Below, in pieces: positions 41,062 to 50,679 of a DNA stretch of 64,000 nt. Position 1 is the stretch's first letter; every line of letters starts with the position of its first letter. A program made the position numbers and the translations under genes. A model generated the notes under the pieces. The model saw only the letters and a list, made by a program, of their open reading frames with translations. It did no database searches and had not been told where the DNA came from. Origin of the DNA: Spirochaetota bacterium (GTDB taxonomy: Bacteria; Spirochaetota; UBA4802; UBA5550); contig CAXXHB010000003.1 in NCBI GenBank assembly GCA_963664815.2, positions 3,104,001 to 3,168,000 of the forward strand, read 5' to 3'.

Positions 41062-41874
41062 TTAAAAACTGCTTTTTTTCAAAACATCAATATCCCGTTC
41101 AATCTTCGCAAGGTGAGCTGTCAGTTTATCAAGCGCTTTTTCAACTCTGTCTTTTTCTGACTCAAGGTATGACAATCGGCTGGTAAACTCCGCCCTGGGA
41201 TTAATTTCAGCCTTTATCATATCAGGACTTCTCTGATCCATGAACGCCTCCTGAACCCCATGCCTCAAACCTTCATCTTTAATACGGGCCACGGTTTTCA
41301 TATTTTCATACCCTATCTCCGGTTTTATATCCAGAGTATATGTTTTCATTATCGTCCTGGCTTCGTTTCGATGAAGACAGAGAACCCTGTCAACGTAATC
41401 TTCAAAGCTTGCGTGGTACCTCTGACAAAGTTCCCGTGCTTTAAGCAGCAGACTGCCGAACTCTTTCATCAAATGACCGTTTCGTGACATATACTCTTCA
41501 CGAAGCCTGGCAGTCAGATCTTTAAACTCGTCGTTAATCTCAAAGATATTATTATATATACCAAGATCTTCAGCACGAAAAAGCAAAGTATGAAAAATAT
41601 TCCAGAAGTCTGATGAATGCGCCCTCGCTGTTACAGGGACAGAGGTTTGTGTAAATTGCACATGATGAGCAAACTCATGAATAGCTGTATACATCAGCTG
41701 GTTATCATCAACAAAATTCTGATTATGAATAATTATTTCCCGTTTATCCGGGTAATAAAGTCCGTCAACCTTCTTACTGTTTTTACCGGAAAATGTCACC
41801 ATAAAATCTGTTTTAACCTGTTCCAGCTGCAGCAGTCTCTCTTTAACCTGATCCTGATTCATTTTATAATCCAT
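41062..41874 (-). CDS. Hypothetical protein with HExxH zinc-metallopeptidase (SprT-like) motif and coiled-coil C-terminus
   Basis: VDGLY...TAIHEFAHH...AHSSDFW. Confidence 0.75.
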   Translation of the reverse strand: MDYKMNQDQVKERLLQLEQVKTDFMVTFSGKNSKKVDGLYYPDKREIIIHNQNFVDDNQLMYTAIHEFAHHVQFTQTSVPVTARAHSSDFWNIFHTLLFRAEDLGIYNNIFEINDEFKDLTARLREEYMSRNGHLMKEFGSLLLKARELCQRYHASFEDYVDRVLCLHRNEARTIMKTYTLDIKPEIGYENMKTVARIKDEGLRHGVQEAFMDQRSPDMIKAEINPRAEFTSRLSYLESEKDRVEKALDKLTAHLAKIERDIDVLKKSSF

Positions 41875-42445
41875 TTAAATATTCTATCATATCATCGGGC
41901 GATAATACAAGACCCGCACCACCGCGAACTATAGCTTCCCTGTTCATCCCGAAAACTACAGATGAATCCTTATCCTGAGCAATAGTCAGAAAACCTTTGC
42001 CCCGCATTTCAACCATGGAAGATACTCCGTCATCACACATGCCAGTAAGAATGATTGCAATTATTCGTTCAGGATCGTGGCTTAACGCTGAGGAAAAAAG
42101 CACATCAATAGAAGGCCTGAACCTGTTAACCGGCGGTTCGGAGGTAATGGTCAGAAGCGGATTTACATGTTCACTGAGATACATATGCCTGTTACCGGGT
42201 GCTATATAGGCATTACCATGTTTAACCAGTTCGCCATCAATACCCTCTTTAACAGTAAATGGAGTGTTACTGTCGAGTCTTTGAGCCCACATCCCGGTAA
42301 AACCTTCCGGCATATGCTGTGCTATAAGTATCGCATACTTATTTTTATCAACACCCGTTAAAAGCGATTCAATTACAGGGAGTCCTCCGGTTGATGAACC
42401 GATTAGTAGAATTTTAAATTTTAAATTTATTGATTCTATCATCAC
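41864..42445 (-). CDS. cheB: Stand-alone CheB methylesterase domain (no receiver)
   Basis: GSSTGG, QHMPEGFT, RPSIDVLF, LTGMCDDG; only 193 aa. Confidence 0.88.
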   Translation of the reverse strand: MMIESINLKFKILLIGSSTGGLPVIESLLTGVDKNKYAILIAQHMPEGFTGMWAQRLDSNTPFTVKEGIDGELVKHGNAYIAPGNRHMYLSEHVNPLLTITSEPPVNRFRPSIDVLFSSALSHDPERIIAIILTGMCDDGVSSMVEMRGKGFLTIAQDKDSSVVFGMNREAIVRGGAGLVLSPDDMIEYLNGL

Positions 42446-42463
42446 TCAACCGGGTTTAAACTT

Positions 42464-42955
42464 TCAGTTCATTCTCCCCATTGCACTTTCCATATTAATC
42501 ACGGAGTAAGGTATAGCGCTTGCCATGACTGTGCTGTCCTTTTCCCCTTTTACTGTTTCAAAATTAACCAGCATAAAATCATACTGCCAGAACCCCTTAT
42601 TCTTTCTGAGAGAAAGACTATTTACAATAGTATACATCTGGTTTCTTTTCTCTCCATCGAATTGTTCATTATTCAGTATAAATCTGTCAAGAGCATCTTT
42701 TCTCTCGTCACCCTCTTTAAAATATGAAAAATTCCATGCTATCGCGGCAAAATAAAGCATCATCCTGAACTGAAGTGTATTGGAAGCATCAACATTGGCA
42801 ATTAAAGGAGATGCAAACTCGAGGAATATATTTGAAACTCTCCTTCCCTGAAATTCATGAATAATCAGATTTTCCGGAAATACATCGTAAGGGAGAAGGT
42901 CAACTCTCTGACTATCAATTTCCCTTCGTCTTTTTCTAAAATTACCCTTTGTCAT
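42464..42955 (-). CDS. Hypothetical protein
   Basis: 163-aa ORF, 18 nt upstream of the orphan cheB. Confidence 0.7.
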   Translation of the reverse strand: MTKGNFRKRRREIDSQRVDLLPYDVFPENLIIHEFQGRRVSNIFLEFASPLIANVDASNTLQFRMMLYFAAIAWNFSYFKEGDERKDALDRFILNNEQFDGEKRNQMYTIVNSLSLRKNKGFWQYDFMLVNFETVKGEKDSTVMASAIPYSVINMESAMGRMN

Positions 42956-43079
42956 AAATTCAACCTGTATCTAAATTTTATATTTCTCATGCCGGATAGC
43001 CTGAACCGGCATATATCAGAAACACCCATTTTTTAAACATAACTCCCTTTTGTAAAGCATTATAGCACCATCGCCCCCA

Positions 43080-43111
43080 TGTCTTTATTTTAATATATTA
43101 AAATAAAGACA
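43080..43111. repeat. Perfect 32-bp palindrome (no spacer)
   Basis: TGTCTTTATTTTAATA|TATTAAAATAAAGACA. Confidence 0.9.
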
Positions 43112-43347
43112 AAATATAAATATTAAATTTACTGCTTATTTTAAAAAATGAATTGAATCATTTTTCCAGGCTGCTGAAATATCATTGTACTATAGGTAAT
43201 ATTATATCTGAACAGAGAAAAAACCACAAATATAAAATAAATTTATTCACAATAATTCCTTAACATATATTTTATTATAAAAAAAACGAATATCTCTCTC
43301 CGCCGCCAAAGGCGGCGAAGAATATAGAACATTTTAAGCTATAATAA

Positions 43348-43394
43348 ATTACAGTAATTATTATTGAAATTTATTATATAATAATTACTGTAAT
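43348..43394. repeat. Perfect 17-bp inverted repeat with 13-nt spacer
   Basis: ATTACAGTAATTATTAT-N13-ATAATAATTACTGTAAT. Confidence 0.85.
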
Positions 43395-43454
43395 ATCCGT
43401 TTCTTATTACCTTATTATTAATTCTTAAATCATCAGACATTATGGAGAAATTTA

Positions 43455-44135
43455 ATGAAAGCAGTTCTGTTCGACATAGATGGAACCATATTAAACTGCA
43501 ACAGCGCCGGCAGAGCGGCCCTTCTCAAAGCTACACTTGAAATTTTCGGAACAACCGGAAAAATGGAAAAAATCGATTTTCAGGGGAAAACAGATCCTCT
43601 CATCCTGAAAGAGTCCCTGTTTATGATGGGATTTTCAGAAAAAGACATTGAAGATAAATCCGATTTACTTAAAGAAAAATATTTCATCTATCTTCGTGAG
43701 AAAATTAAAACTCATGACGTTACAATATATCCAGGCATAAGGGATATTCTTCTAACTCTTTCAGAAAGAAAAGACATTATCCTCGGCTTGCTGACCGGAA
43801 ATTTTACTGAAAGCGCTAAAATCAAACTTGAAAGTCAAGATCTTAACAAATACTTTAAATTCGGCGTTTTCGGTGACGATGCACCGATAAGAAACCTTCT
43901 TCCCGCAAAGGCCCGGGAAAAAATGATAGAACTTTTTGGATTACAGATAGATTTTAAGGATACAATCATCATTGGCGATACAATATATGATGTGAGATGT
44001 GCCAAGTATTCCGGGGCCGTTTCAATAGCAGTGGGAACAGGATGGAGTACAAGGGATATACTTGAAAATGAAAATCCGGATTTTTACTTCGACGATCTCG
44101 GAAATATTACTGAATTCATGAAAATAATATCTTAA
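43455..44135 (+). CDS. HAD-superfamily hydrolase (phosphoglycolate phosphatase-like)
   Basis: LFDIDGT, LLTGN, IIGDTIYDV. Confidence 0.92.
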   Translation: MKAVLFDIDGTILNCNSAGRAALLKATLEIFGTTGKMEKIDFQGKTDPLILKESLFMMGFSEKDIEDKSDLLKEKYFIYLREKIKTHDVTIYPGIRDILLTLSERKDIILGLLTGNFTESAKIKLESQDLNKYFKFGVFGDDAPIRNLLPAKAREKMIELFGLQIDFKDTIIIGDTIYDVRCAKYSGAVSIAVGTGWSTRDILENENPDFYFDDLGNITEFMKIIS

Positions 44136-45682
44136 GCAAGTCTGCTCTTAATCTTTCCTGCTAAATAGATAATCTCCTCAGAACGGAGTATGTAACACAT
44201 AACAAAATAGACAACTGATCCGGTAAAAACAATTACTGTCAGAAAAATACATTTAGTCAGCATTGAACCATGCTGCCAGTCGGCGAATGAACCTATCCAG
44301 AGAATCAGCGCTGTCATTACTAATGACGCAGTAGTAAACTTTATCAGTGATTTAATAATTCTATTCATTTCTATACCACCGGCTTTTTTATTCAGCAGTG
44401 CGAGGAGAATTCCCATCTGAACAATTGCCGAGATAGTATTTGCCAGAGTCAGACCCGCATGCTTCAGCGGTGTATGCATCAATGTATATCCCGCAATAAC
44501 ATTAACTACAAATGAAACTGCTGCTGATATAACCGGAGATTTTGTGTCTTTCATCGCATAAAATGCCGGAGTAGTAATCCTCAGCACCGCAATAAAAATA
44601 ATACCTGAACTTGCCGATACCAGTGAATAGTATGTCAGCACAACATCATTATAGTCGAATCTGCCATGCATAAATATTACTGATATAATCGGTATACCGG
44701 CAGCGATGAGTGCAGCAGTAGCCGGAACTGCAAGAAATAAAGCCGACGAGACTGAATCGGAAAATAACTTATTGAATTTCTTTCTGTCATCAAGAGCGTT
44801 GAGCCTCGACATCTCCGGAAGAATAACATTTCCAATAGAAACAATAAAAATGCCAAGTACAAGTTCAGTAAGCCTGTTTGTGTAATATATATATGACACA
44901 CTACCTTCGTGAATCATTGTGGCAAGCATATAGCTGACAAGCGTATTTATCTGGTAAATAGCAATCCCGAATAATGCGGGTGTCAGCATTTTAAATATTT
45001 TCTTTATTCCCGGATGTCTGAAATCAACAGAGATCTTAAAAACAAATCCTTCCTTAATCATATAAGGAATCTGGATAATGAGCTGAAGCAATCCTCCGAT
45101 CAATACGCCGGCAGCAACACCATAAATCGGATCTTTAAAAAAACGGCCGATGTAATATATACCTGAAATCATTCCTATATTCAGAAGAACAGGTGCAATG
45201 GCAGGAGAAAAAAAACGTCTGTGAGAATTAAGATATCCCATGGCAAAAGCTACAAAGCCGGCGAAAAAAAGATAAGGAAACATTATCTGTGTAAGATTGA
45301 CAGAAAGCAAAAATATTGCGGCAGAATCATTTCTTCCGAAAAACAATTTCATAAACTGCGGTGAAAAGAGTACACCAACAGATATAATTACCAGCATCAC
45401 AACCGCCTGCACAGACATAACTTTCTGGGCAAGCTTCATTGATTCATCTTTCCCGTCATTGATCAATGTCTCAGTGTAAACAGGTATAAATGATATTGTC
45501 AGTGCTCCTTCGGCGACAAGACGTCTGAAAAGATTCGGTATCATAAACGACACATAAAAAACATCAGCCGTTCTCGCTGCTCCGAAATATGCAGCCATAA
45601 GCACATCCCTTATAAGTCCGAGTATCCTGCTGCAAAAAGTTGAAAAAGCGACAATCCCGAAAGACCGCATAATAGAAGACAT
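44132..45682 (-). CDS. murJ: Lipid II flippase MurJ
   Basis: SRILGLIRD, IPNLFRRLVAEGAL, YYTNRLTEL, FYAMKDTKSP. Start moved to ATG 45682 (GGAG SD). Confidence 0.93.
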   Translation of the reverse strand: MSSIMRSFGIVAFSTFCSRILGLIRDVLMAAYFGAARTADVFYVSFMIPNLFRRLVAEGALTISFIPVYTETLINDGKDESMKLAQKVMSVQAVVMLVIISVGVLFSPQFMKLFFGRNDSAAIFLLSVNLTQIMFPYLFFAGFVAFAMGYLNSHRRFFSPAIAPVLLNIGMISGIYYIGRFFKDPIYGVAAGVLIGGLLQLIIQIPYMIKEGFVFKISVDFRHPGIKKIFKMLTPALFGIAIYQINTLVSYMLATMIHEGSVSYIYYTNRLTELVLGIFIVSIGNVILPEMSRLNALDDRKKFNKLFSDSVSSALFLAVPATAALIAAGIPIISVIFMHGRFDYNDVVLTYYSLVSASSGIIFIAVLRITTPAFYAMKDTKSPVISAAVSFVVNVIAGYTLMHTPLKHAGLTLANTISAIVQMGILLALLNKKAGGIEMNRIIKSLIKFTTASLVMTALILWIGSFADWQHGSMLTKCIFLTVIVFTGSVVYFVMCYILRSEEIIYLAGKIKSRLA

Positions 45683-45935
45683 TGGAATCTCCTGACAGTC
45701 AAATTGTTCTAAAGATATAATTCCCTTAATTATGTCAAATAATTCATAATTAATTGCTCCCGAATACAATTTTATTTATTAGTCTAAAATAAATATTGAC
45801 ACATACTTATTACTATCTTTATTGAAATAGAGTATCATCGTTTTTTTTCGATGAAATCCAGGATTATTTAATAACTGCTCATATTCCAATTGATACCGGA
45901 AGGCTCATCTCTCCCGGTGTCAAAATTTTTAACCA

Positions 45936-47438
45936 ATGAAAAAAGAAAGCCAAACATTAAATAAAATAACAAGCAACATCAAACTGTGTTCAATACTGCT
46001 TCTGTTGCCTATCTTCTTATATTCCGGATGTAAACTTTCATACAGTGATATTTCTTTCAGCGATATGGCAAACACATCCGGAGAACTTCAGGGTTTTTCT
46101 CAGGATAATTACGGATATCTTGTATATGATCTGGAAAATAAAAAAATTGTCAAAGGTCACAATATTAATAAAGAATTTATACCCTCATCTGTCACAAAAC
46201 TATTCACCACATTATTCGCTTCGGAAATACTCGGAAATGAATATGCCTTCTCCACAACTTTACTTTATAATGGGAATATTTCAGAAGGTATCCTTACTGG
46301 AAATCTTTACCTGAAAGGTTCCAGTGATCCCGAGCTATCCCTTGACGAACTTCTGACTCTTACTGAAGGCTTGAAATCAAAGGGTATAAAAGAAGTAAAG
46401 GGCAATTTCTTTTATGATGAATCACTCTTTGCTACACGAGATATGCTTGATCAGGAGATGCCTTCTGATGCATTTTACAATGCCGGGATCGGACCTCTTT
46501 CTTTTAACAGCAATACCATCTTTGTGCTTCAGAGAAGAGACAAAGATGGAAAAATTTCTTCCGCCGACCTTCTCCCGTCATTACCCGGTTTTGAATCACA
46601 TATTTATAATAATAATATATCCTATCCCTATATAAGATTCAAGTCATCCGGAAACAGGGAAATATGGGAATTCCCGGACAAATACCTGTGGGACAACAGA
46701 CAACAGCTCCCGGTTAAGCATCCAGGTCTATATACTTCACTGGTATTTCAGAAACTCTGTGCTATTCATGGCATAAAACTCACTCACCCTTCAAAGAGAA
46801 AAGCTGAATCGTCCATAAAAACTATTTGCATAGTTAAAAGCAAAACGCTCCCGGCAGTTATAAAAAATATGCTTTTTTCAAGCAACAATATAACCGCAGA
46901 GCTGATCTACAAAACAACCTCAACAGAATACCGGGGGAAAAATGATTTAAACACCGGAAGATTATCTGATATGGAAAATTTTTATAAAACCGGGTTCAAG
47001 GGGATAAACTGGAGTAATTTCAGAATTGTAAACGCATCCGGTTTAACACCGCTTAACAGGGCAACACCTGCTCAGACTGCAGCGGTTCTTCTTTTCATTG
47101 AAAAGAGCAACAAAACAGATTTCAGGCTTGAAAATATACTCCCTCTTTCAGGATGGGATGGGACAATGAAATCAAGACTTGATCAGCCCGAAGCTGCTTT
47201 CAGAGTTTACGGTAAAACCGGGAGCATATTTTATTCTGCAGGCCTGGCCGGAATCTTCTACGCAAAATCAGGAAAAAGATATATATACTCCATATTTATA
47301 AATGATATGGCAGAAAGAGAAGAATACGACAGGAAAAAAGTTAAAAGTTCGGATGATATAAATCGCGGTGGCTCCTGGTCGAAGAAAGCATCATCCGCAA
47401 TAGATAACTTTATAATTAAGCAGCTTAATGAGCTCTAA
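45936..47438 (+). CDS. dacB: D-Ala-D-Ala carboxypeptidase/endopeptidase PBP4 (peptidase S13), probable lipoprotein
   Basis: SxxK (SVTK), SxN (SNN), KTG, NASGL; lipobox-like FLYSGC. Confidence 0.9.
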   Translation: MKKESQTLNKITSNIKLCSILLLLPIFLYSGCKLSYSDISFSDMANTSGELQGFSQDNYGYLVYDLENKKIVKGHNINKEFIPSSVTKLFTTLFASEILGNEYAFSTTLLYNGNISEGILTGNLYLKGSSDPELSLDELLTLTEGLKSKGIKEVKGNFFYDESLFATRDMLDQEMPSDAFYNAGIGPLSFNSNTIFVLQRRDKDGKISSADLLPSLPGFESHIYNNNISYPYIRFKSSGNREIWEFPDKYLWDNRQQLPVKHPGLYTSLVFQKLCAIHGIKLTHPSKRKAESSIKTICIVKSKTLPAVIKNMLFSSNNITAELIYKTTSTEYRGKNDLNTGRLSDMENFYKTGFKGINWSNFRIVNASGLTPLNRATPAQTAAVLLFIEKSNKTDFRLENILPLSGWDGTMKSRLDQPEAAFRVYGKTGSIFYSAGLAGIFYAKSGKRYIYSIFINDMAEREEYDRKKVKSSDDINRGGSWSKKASSAIDNFIIKQLNEL

Positions 47439-47457
47439 ATTATTCAATCCAATATAC

Positions 47458-47485
47458 TTGACAAAAGTAAAAAAATTTTTATCAT
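47458..47485 (+). promoter_or_regulatory. Sigma70-type promoter
   Basis: TTGACA-N16-TATCAT; implies the next gene starts at 47511. Confidence 0.5.
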
Positions 47486-47510
47486 GTTAAAACCTAGAAA
47501 AGATTATATA

Positions 47511-49010
47511 ATGAAAAAAATACTACTGACAATTTTTATATCAATAACCGCATATTCAGCGTCTTTTGCTGCAAATTACCACGGCATGGGATGCAATGCC
47601 TATGCTCATCATAATTTTAATAAAGCTCGTGAATATTTTCTGCTGGATGTAAAAGATAACCCCAACAGAGGAGATTCTTATTATTTTCTCGGCGAAATTG
47701 AAAAAACTTTAAAGAACTATGATGAAGCCTTAAAATACTTTCAGATTGCAGTTACCAGAAGTACTACCAGAAAATATCTGGTAAACGCATACTGGAACCT
47801 TATTCTTCTTTACGAAGAAAAGGGCGATTATAACAATCTTGTTAAATACTGCAGGGAGATGTGGTTTCATACCGGAGACAGTTCAGCAAAAAGGAAGATT
47901 GAAACAATTGTGAACAAAATACTCTGGACAGATAATGAGCAGGCAATAGAAAAATTTAACCAGGCAAATGAACTATCCAGGAAAGGAGATAAAACAGCTG
48001 CTGCACAACTTTACAGGGAGTCATTGAACATTGACGGATCGTTCCTGGCACCAAGATTTGAACTTGGCATGATGGCATATAACTCCGGCAATGAAAATGA
48101 GGCTCTGACACAGCTAAATTATATAGGAGAGCGAATTCCATTCTACGCAGAAGTACACCTTATACTCGGTGGAATCAATTTCAATAAAAAAAATTACAAT
48201 GCAGCAGCAAACAATTTCTCATCTGTTATTAACTACGGTTTTATTGATAAAAGCACTGAATATAATACACATCTAAAAAGAGGAATATGCTTTTATCATA
48301 TGAACAACTTTGATGAAGCTGAAAAAGACATAGCTTCATCCCTTGATTATATTAAAAATGACAGCGAACCGATGATTATACTCTCTGCAATTTATATTAA
48401 AAAGAAAAACTACGACGATGCACTGAAAATTTTAAACAAGGCTGAATCAATCTCGAATAATGATCCTGTTATTCTTTTCCAGATCGGCAGTTTGTATTAT
48501 CACAGGAAAGACTTAAAATACATTTCATATTTTGACAGGCTTTATGATATAACAAAGTCTGCAAACGACGGAATCAGGCAATATCTCAGAGCGTTCATTC
48601 TGCTGCTAAACAGCCATTTTGAAAATAAGAATTATTCCCGATCGCTTGAAATAGCGGAATCGATAAATAAAATCCAAAGCGATTCTGATGTGATTGGTAT
48701 TGCGGCAAAATCGAGTTATTATCTTCAGCAATACGGAAAATCGATTGCACTGTTTGAAAAAATACCGCTTAATTCCGGTTCAAAGCTCATGCTCGCTACA
48801 GCTTATGCCCGTAACTCCAACAAAAATAAATCTGTCGAATTATTAAAAAATATTATTACTGACGAATCATTAAAAAAAGAAGCTATGAAAGATTCGCAGC
48901 TTAATTCCTACATCCAGGAAATTGAAAAAGAGAGAGCTGAAGAACTTAAAAAGAAACAGAATAATACTACAAATAACACTGTAAACAACTCAAGTAATTT
49001 AAAGAAATAA
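47511..49010 (+). CDS. Exported TPR-repeat protein
   Basis: Signal peptide MKKILL...ASFA; many TPR-like units such as YYFLGEIEKTLKNYDEALKYF. Confidence 0.85.
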   Translation: MKKILLTIFISITAYSASFAANYHGMGCNAYAHHNFNKAREYFLLDVKDNPNRGDSYYFLGEIEKTLKNYDEALKYFQIAVTRSTTRKYLVNAYWNLILLYEEKGDYNNLVKYCREMWFHTGDSSAKRKIETIVNKILWTDNEQAIEKFNQANELSRKGDKTAAAQLYRESLNIDGSFLAPRFELGMMAYNSGNENEALTQLNYIGERIPFYAEVHLILGGINFNKKNYNAAANNFSSVINYGFIDKSTEYNTHLKRGICFYHMNNFDEAEKDIASSLDYIKNDSEPMIILSAIYIKKKNYDDALKILNKAESISNNDPVILFQIGSLYYHRKDLKYISYFDRLYDITKSANDGIRQYLRAFILLLNSHFENKNYSRSLEIAESINKIQSDSDVIGIAAKSSYYLQQYGKSIALFEKIPLNSGSKLMLATAYARNSNKNKSVELLKNIITDESLKKEAMKDSQLNSYIQEIEKERAEELKKKQNNTTNNTVNNSSNLKK

Positions 49011-49086
49011 GCCGACCTTCCTGTGATTTAACAGGTTTCTCGCTCCAGCTAAAATCTATTTAAAATACAATAAAGGTATAAACCGG

Positions 49087-49863
49087 ATGTTATCAGTTAC
49101 CAATCTTACATTTAAAGTTCATAATAAAATAATATTTAACAACATATCCTCAATATTCAATAATGGTGAAATTATCGGTATTACCGGCGCTGCCGGTTCA
49201 GGCAAAAGAACCTTTATCAATTTACTATGCAGTAAAAAAAGGAAATACCAGGGCATTATATCAATTGATGATTGTAATATTGAAAATATTTCAAAAAGAA
49301 ATTATAATAAACTCGTTTCTCATTACTCATCATCACAGGAAACTATTAATCCTGAAGCAGTAGTGAAAGAATGGATTCTGGGCGGAAGGATTATTCACAA
49401 AAGAATACTGAGCCCATATACTGATCTTGACAGAGAAATCGCTTACAGGGAGATGATAAATTTTGGTCTGGAAGAATTCGCCGAAACAAGGCTCAAGATG
49501 ATTTCAGAAACATCAAGACAAATGGCTTCAATGGCAAGGGTTCATTCCGCCCAATCCGGAATTTTACTTCTTGAAAAACCTGAAGCCGGATTAAATATTA
49601 ATCAGAAAGTACTGCTCACCAATGCCTTAAAAAAGTATACATTATCCGGGAATAACATTGTAATACTGACATCTGCAGATTTAAATTTTCTATCTGCATC
49701 CTGTGACAGAATAATAATCCTTGCAGATAAAACAATTGCCGAATCCGGTTCTCACAGGATGATTACCAGTGATTTAATTAAGAAATATTTTAATACAGAG
49801 GCTATTGTTACTAAAAATATATACACTGGTCTTCCGGAGATTCAGATAATTGAAGAAAATTAA
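49087..49863 (+). CDS. ABC ATPase-like protein (FecE/HmuV-like) with degenerate catalytic motifs
   Basis: GAAGSGKRT, ISETSRQ, LLLEKPEAGLN, LTSADLN; family-like C-terminus CDRIIIL...LIKKYF. Confidence 0.8.
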   Translation: MLSVTNLTFKVHNKIIFNNISSIFNNGEIIGITGAAGSGKRTFINLLCSKKRKYQGIISIDDCNIENISKRNYNKLVSHYSSSQETINPEAVVKEWILGGRIIHKRILSPYTDLDREIAYREMINFGLEEFAETRLKMISETSRQMASMARVHSAQSGILLLEKPEAGLNINQKVLLTNALKKYTLSGNNIVILTSADLNFLSASCDRIIILADKTIAESGSHRMITSDLIKKYFNTEAIVTKNIYTGLPEIQIIEEN

Positions 49864-49864
49864 A

Positions 49865-50218
49865 TCAGGTATAAAACTCAATTTTCGTCTTTCCTTCTTC
49901 AGGACTGTCTGCAAAAATAAGATGACTGTAAAAATCTACAAACTCGATAAGATCCATCACATCTGCATCAGGACTCATCAGTATAATACGATGACCTTTC
50001 TCTCTCGCATAATAGGATACGTCAATAAGAGCGTTTAATCCTGAGGCAGTAATAAAATTAAGGTTCTTCATATCGATGATCAGGCTTCCTCTTTCCGTTA
50101 AATTATAAACTACAGAAATAAAAGCATCGGAGGTATGAATAGTAAGAGAGCCTGAAAGATTGAGAATGTTGAAACCATTAAAATCGCTCAGAGAATAGTT
50201 TAATCCTGAAGAAATCAC
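49865..50218 (-). CDS. STAS-domain protein (anti-sigma antagonist-like)
   Basis: LSGSL...LIIDMKNLNFITASGL. Confidence 0.82.
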   Translation of the reverse strand: MISSGLNYSLSDFNGFNILNLSGSLTIHTSDAFISVVYNLTERGSLIIDMKNLNFITASGLNALIDVSYYAREKGHRIILMSPDADVMDLIEFVDFYSHLIFADSPEEGKTKIEFYT

Positions 50219-50226
50219 AGCAAATC

Positions 50227-50679
50227 CTATTTATCCTTCCACAATTTTCCTATATATTTACCGCTTGCTCCATTATCCATTATTGCTATTAACTCTTTAT
50301 TTATAGGTGGAAATAATTTTATCTCAGTGATTTCATCCCTTTTAAAAAAATTAAAATCATGAAGCCTGCCTTCTGTACCAAGAATATATTCTCCACCGGA
50401 ATGTTTGCACAGGAAACATATATTTACGACATGTCTGTTCCCCGAAGGATCAATAGAATCTGAAATAAAAGCAAGATCACTGACTGTTATATCAATATTA
50501 AGCTCTTCAAAAAATTCACGAACAAGAGCTTCGCTTAATGATTCGCCGTAATCGACACCTCCCCCGGGTAAAAGCCAGTATACATCATCATTCTTTTTGT
50601 GAGCAATCAGCAGAACTCCGTCACCGTTTATTAATATTCCGGCAACTCTGACTCTGACGTCTCCTTCCTGCTCTGTCAA
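50227..50679 (-). CDS. NUDIX hydrolase
   Basis: Nudix box GGGVDYGESLSEALVREFFEELNI. Confidence 0.9.
   Translation of the reverse strand: MTEQEGDVRVRVAGILINGDGVLLIAHKKNDDVYWLLPGGGVDYGESLSEALVREFFEELNIDITVSDLAFISDSIDPSGNRHVVNICFLCKHSGGEYILGTEGRLHDFNFFKRDEITEIKLFPPINKELIAIMDNGASGKYIGKLWKDK

Noticed and set aside
45890-45923. Hairpin TTGATACCGG/CCGGTGTCAA just upstream of dacB as a riboswitch
   Set aside because: A single short stem with no recognisable aptamer features or alternative fold.
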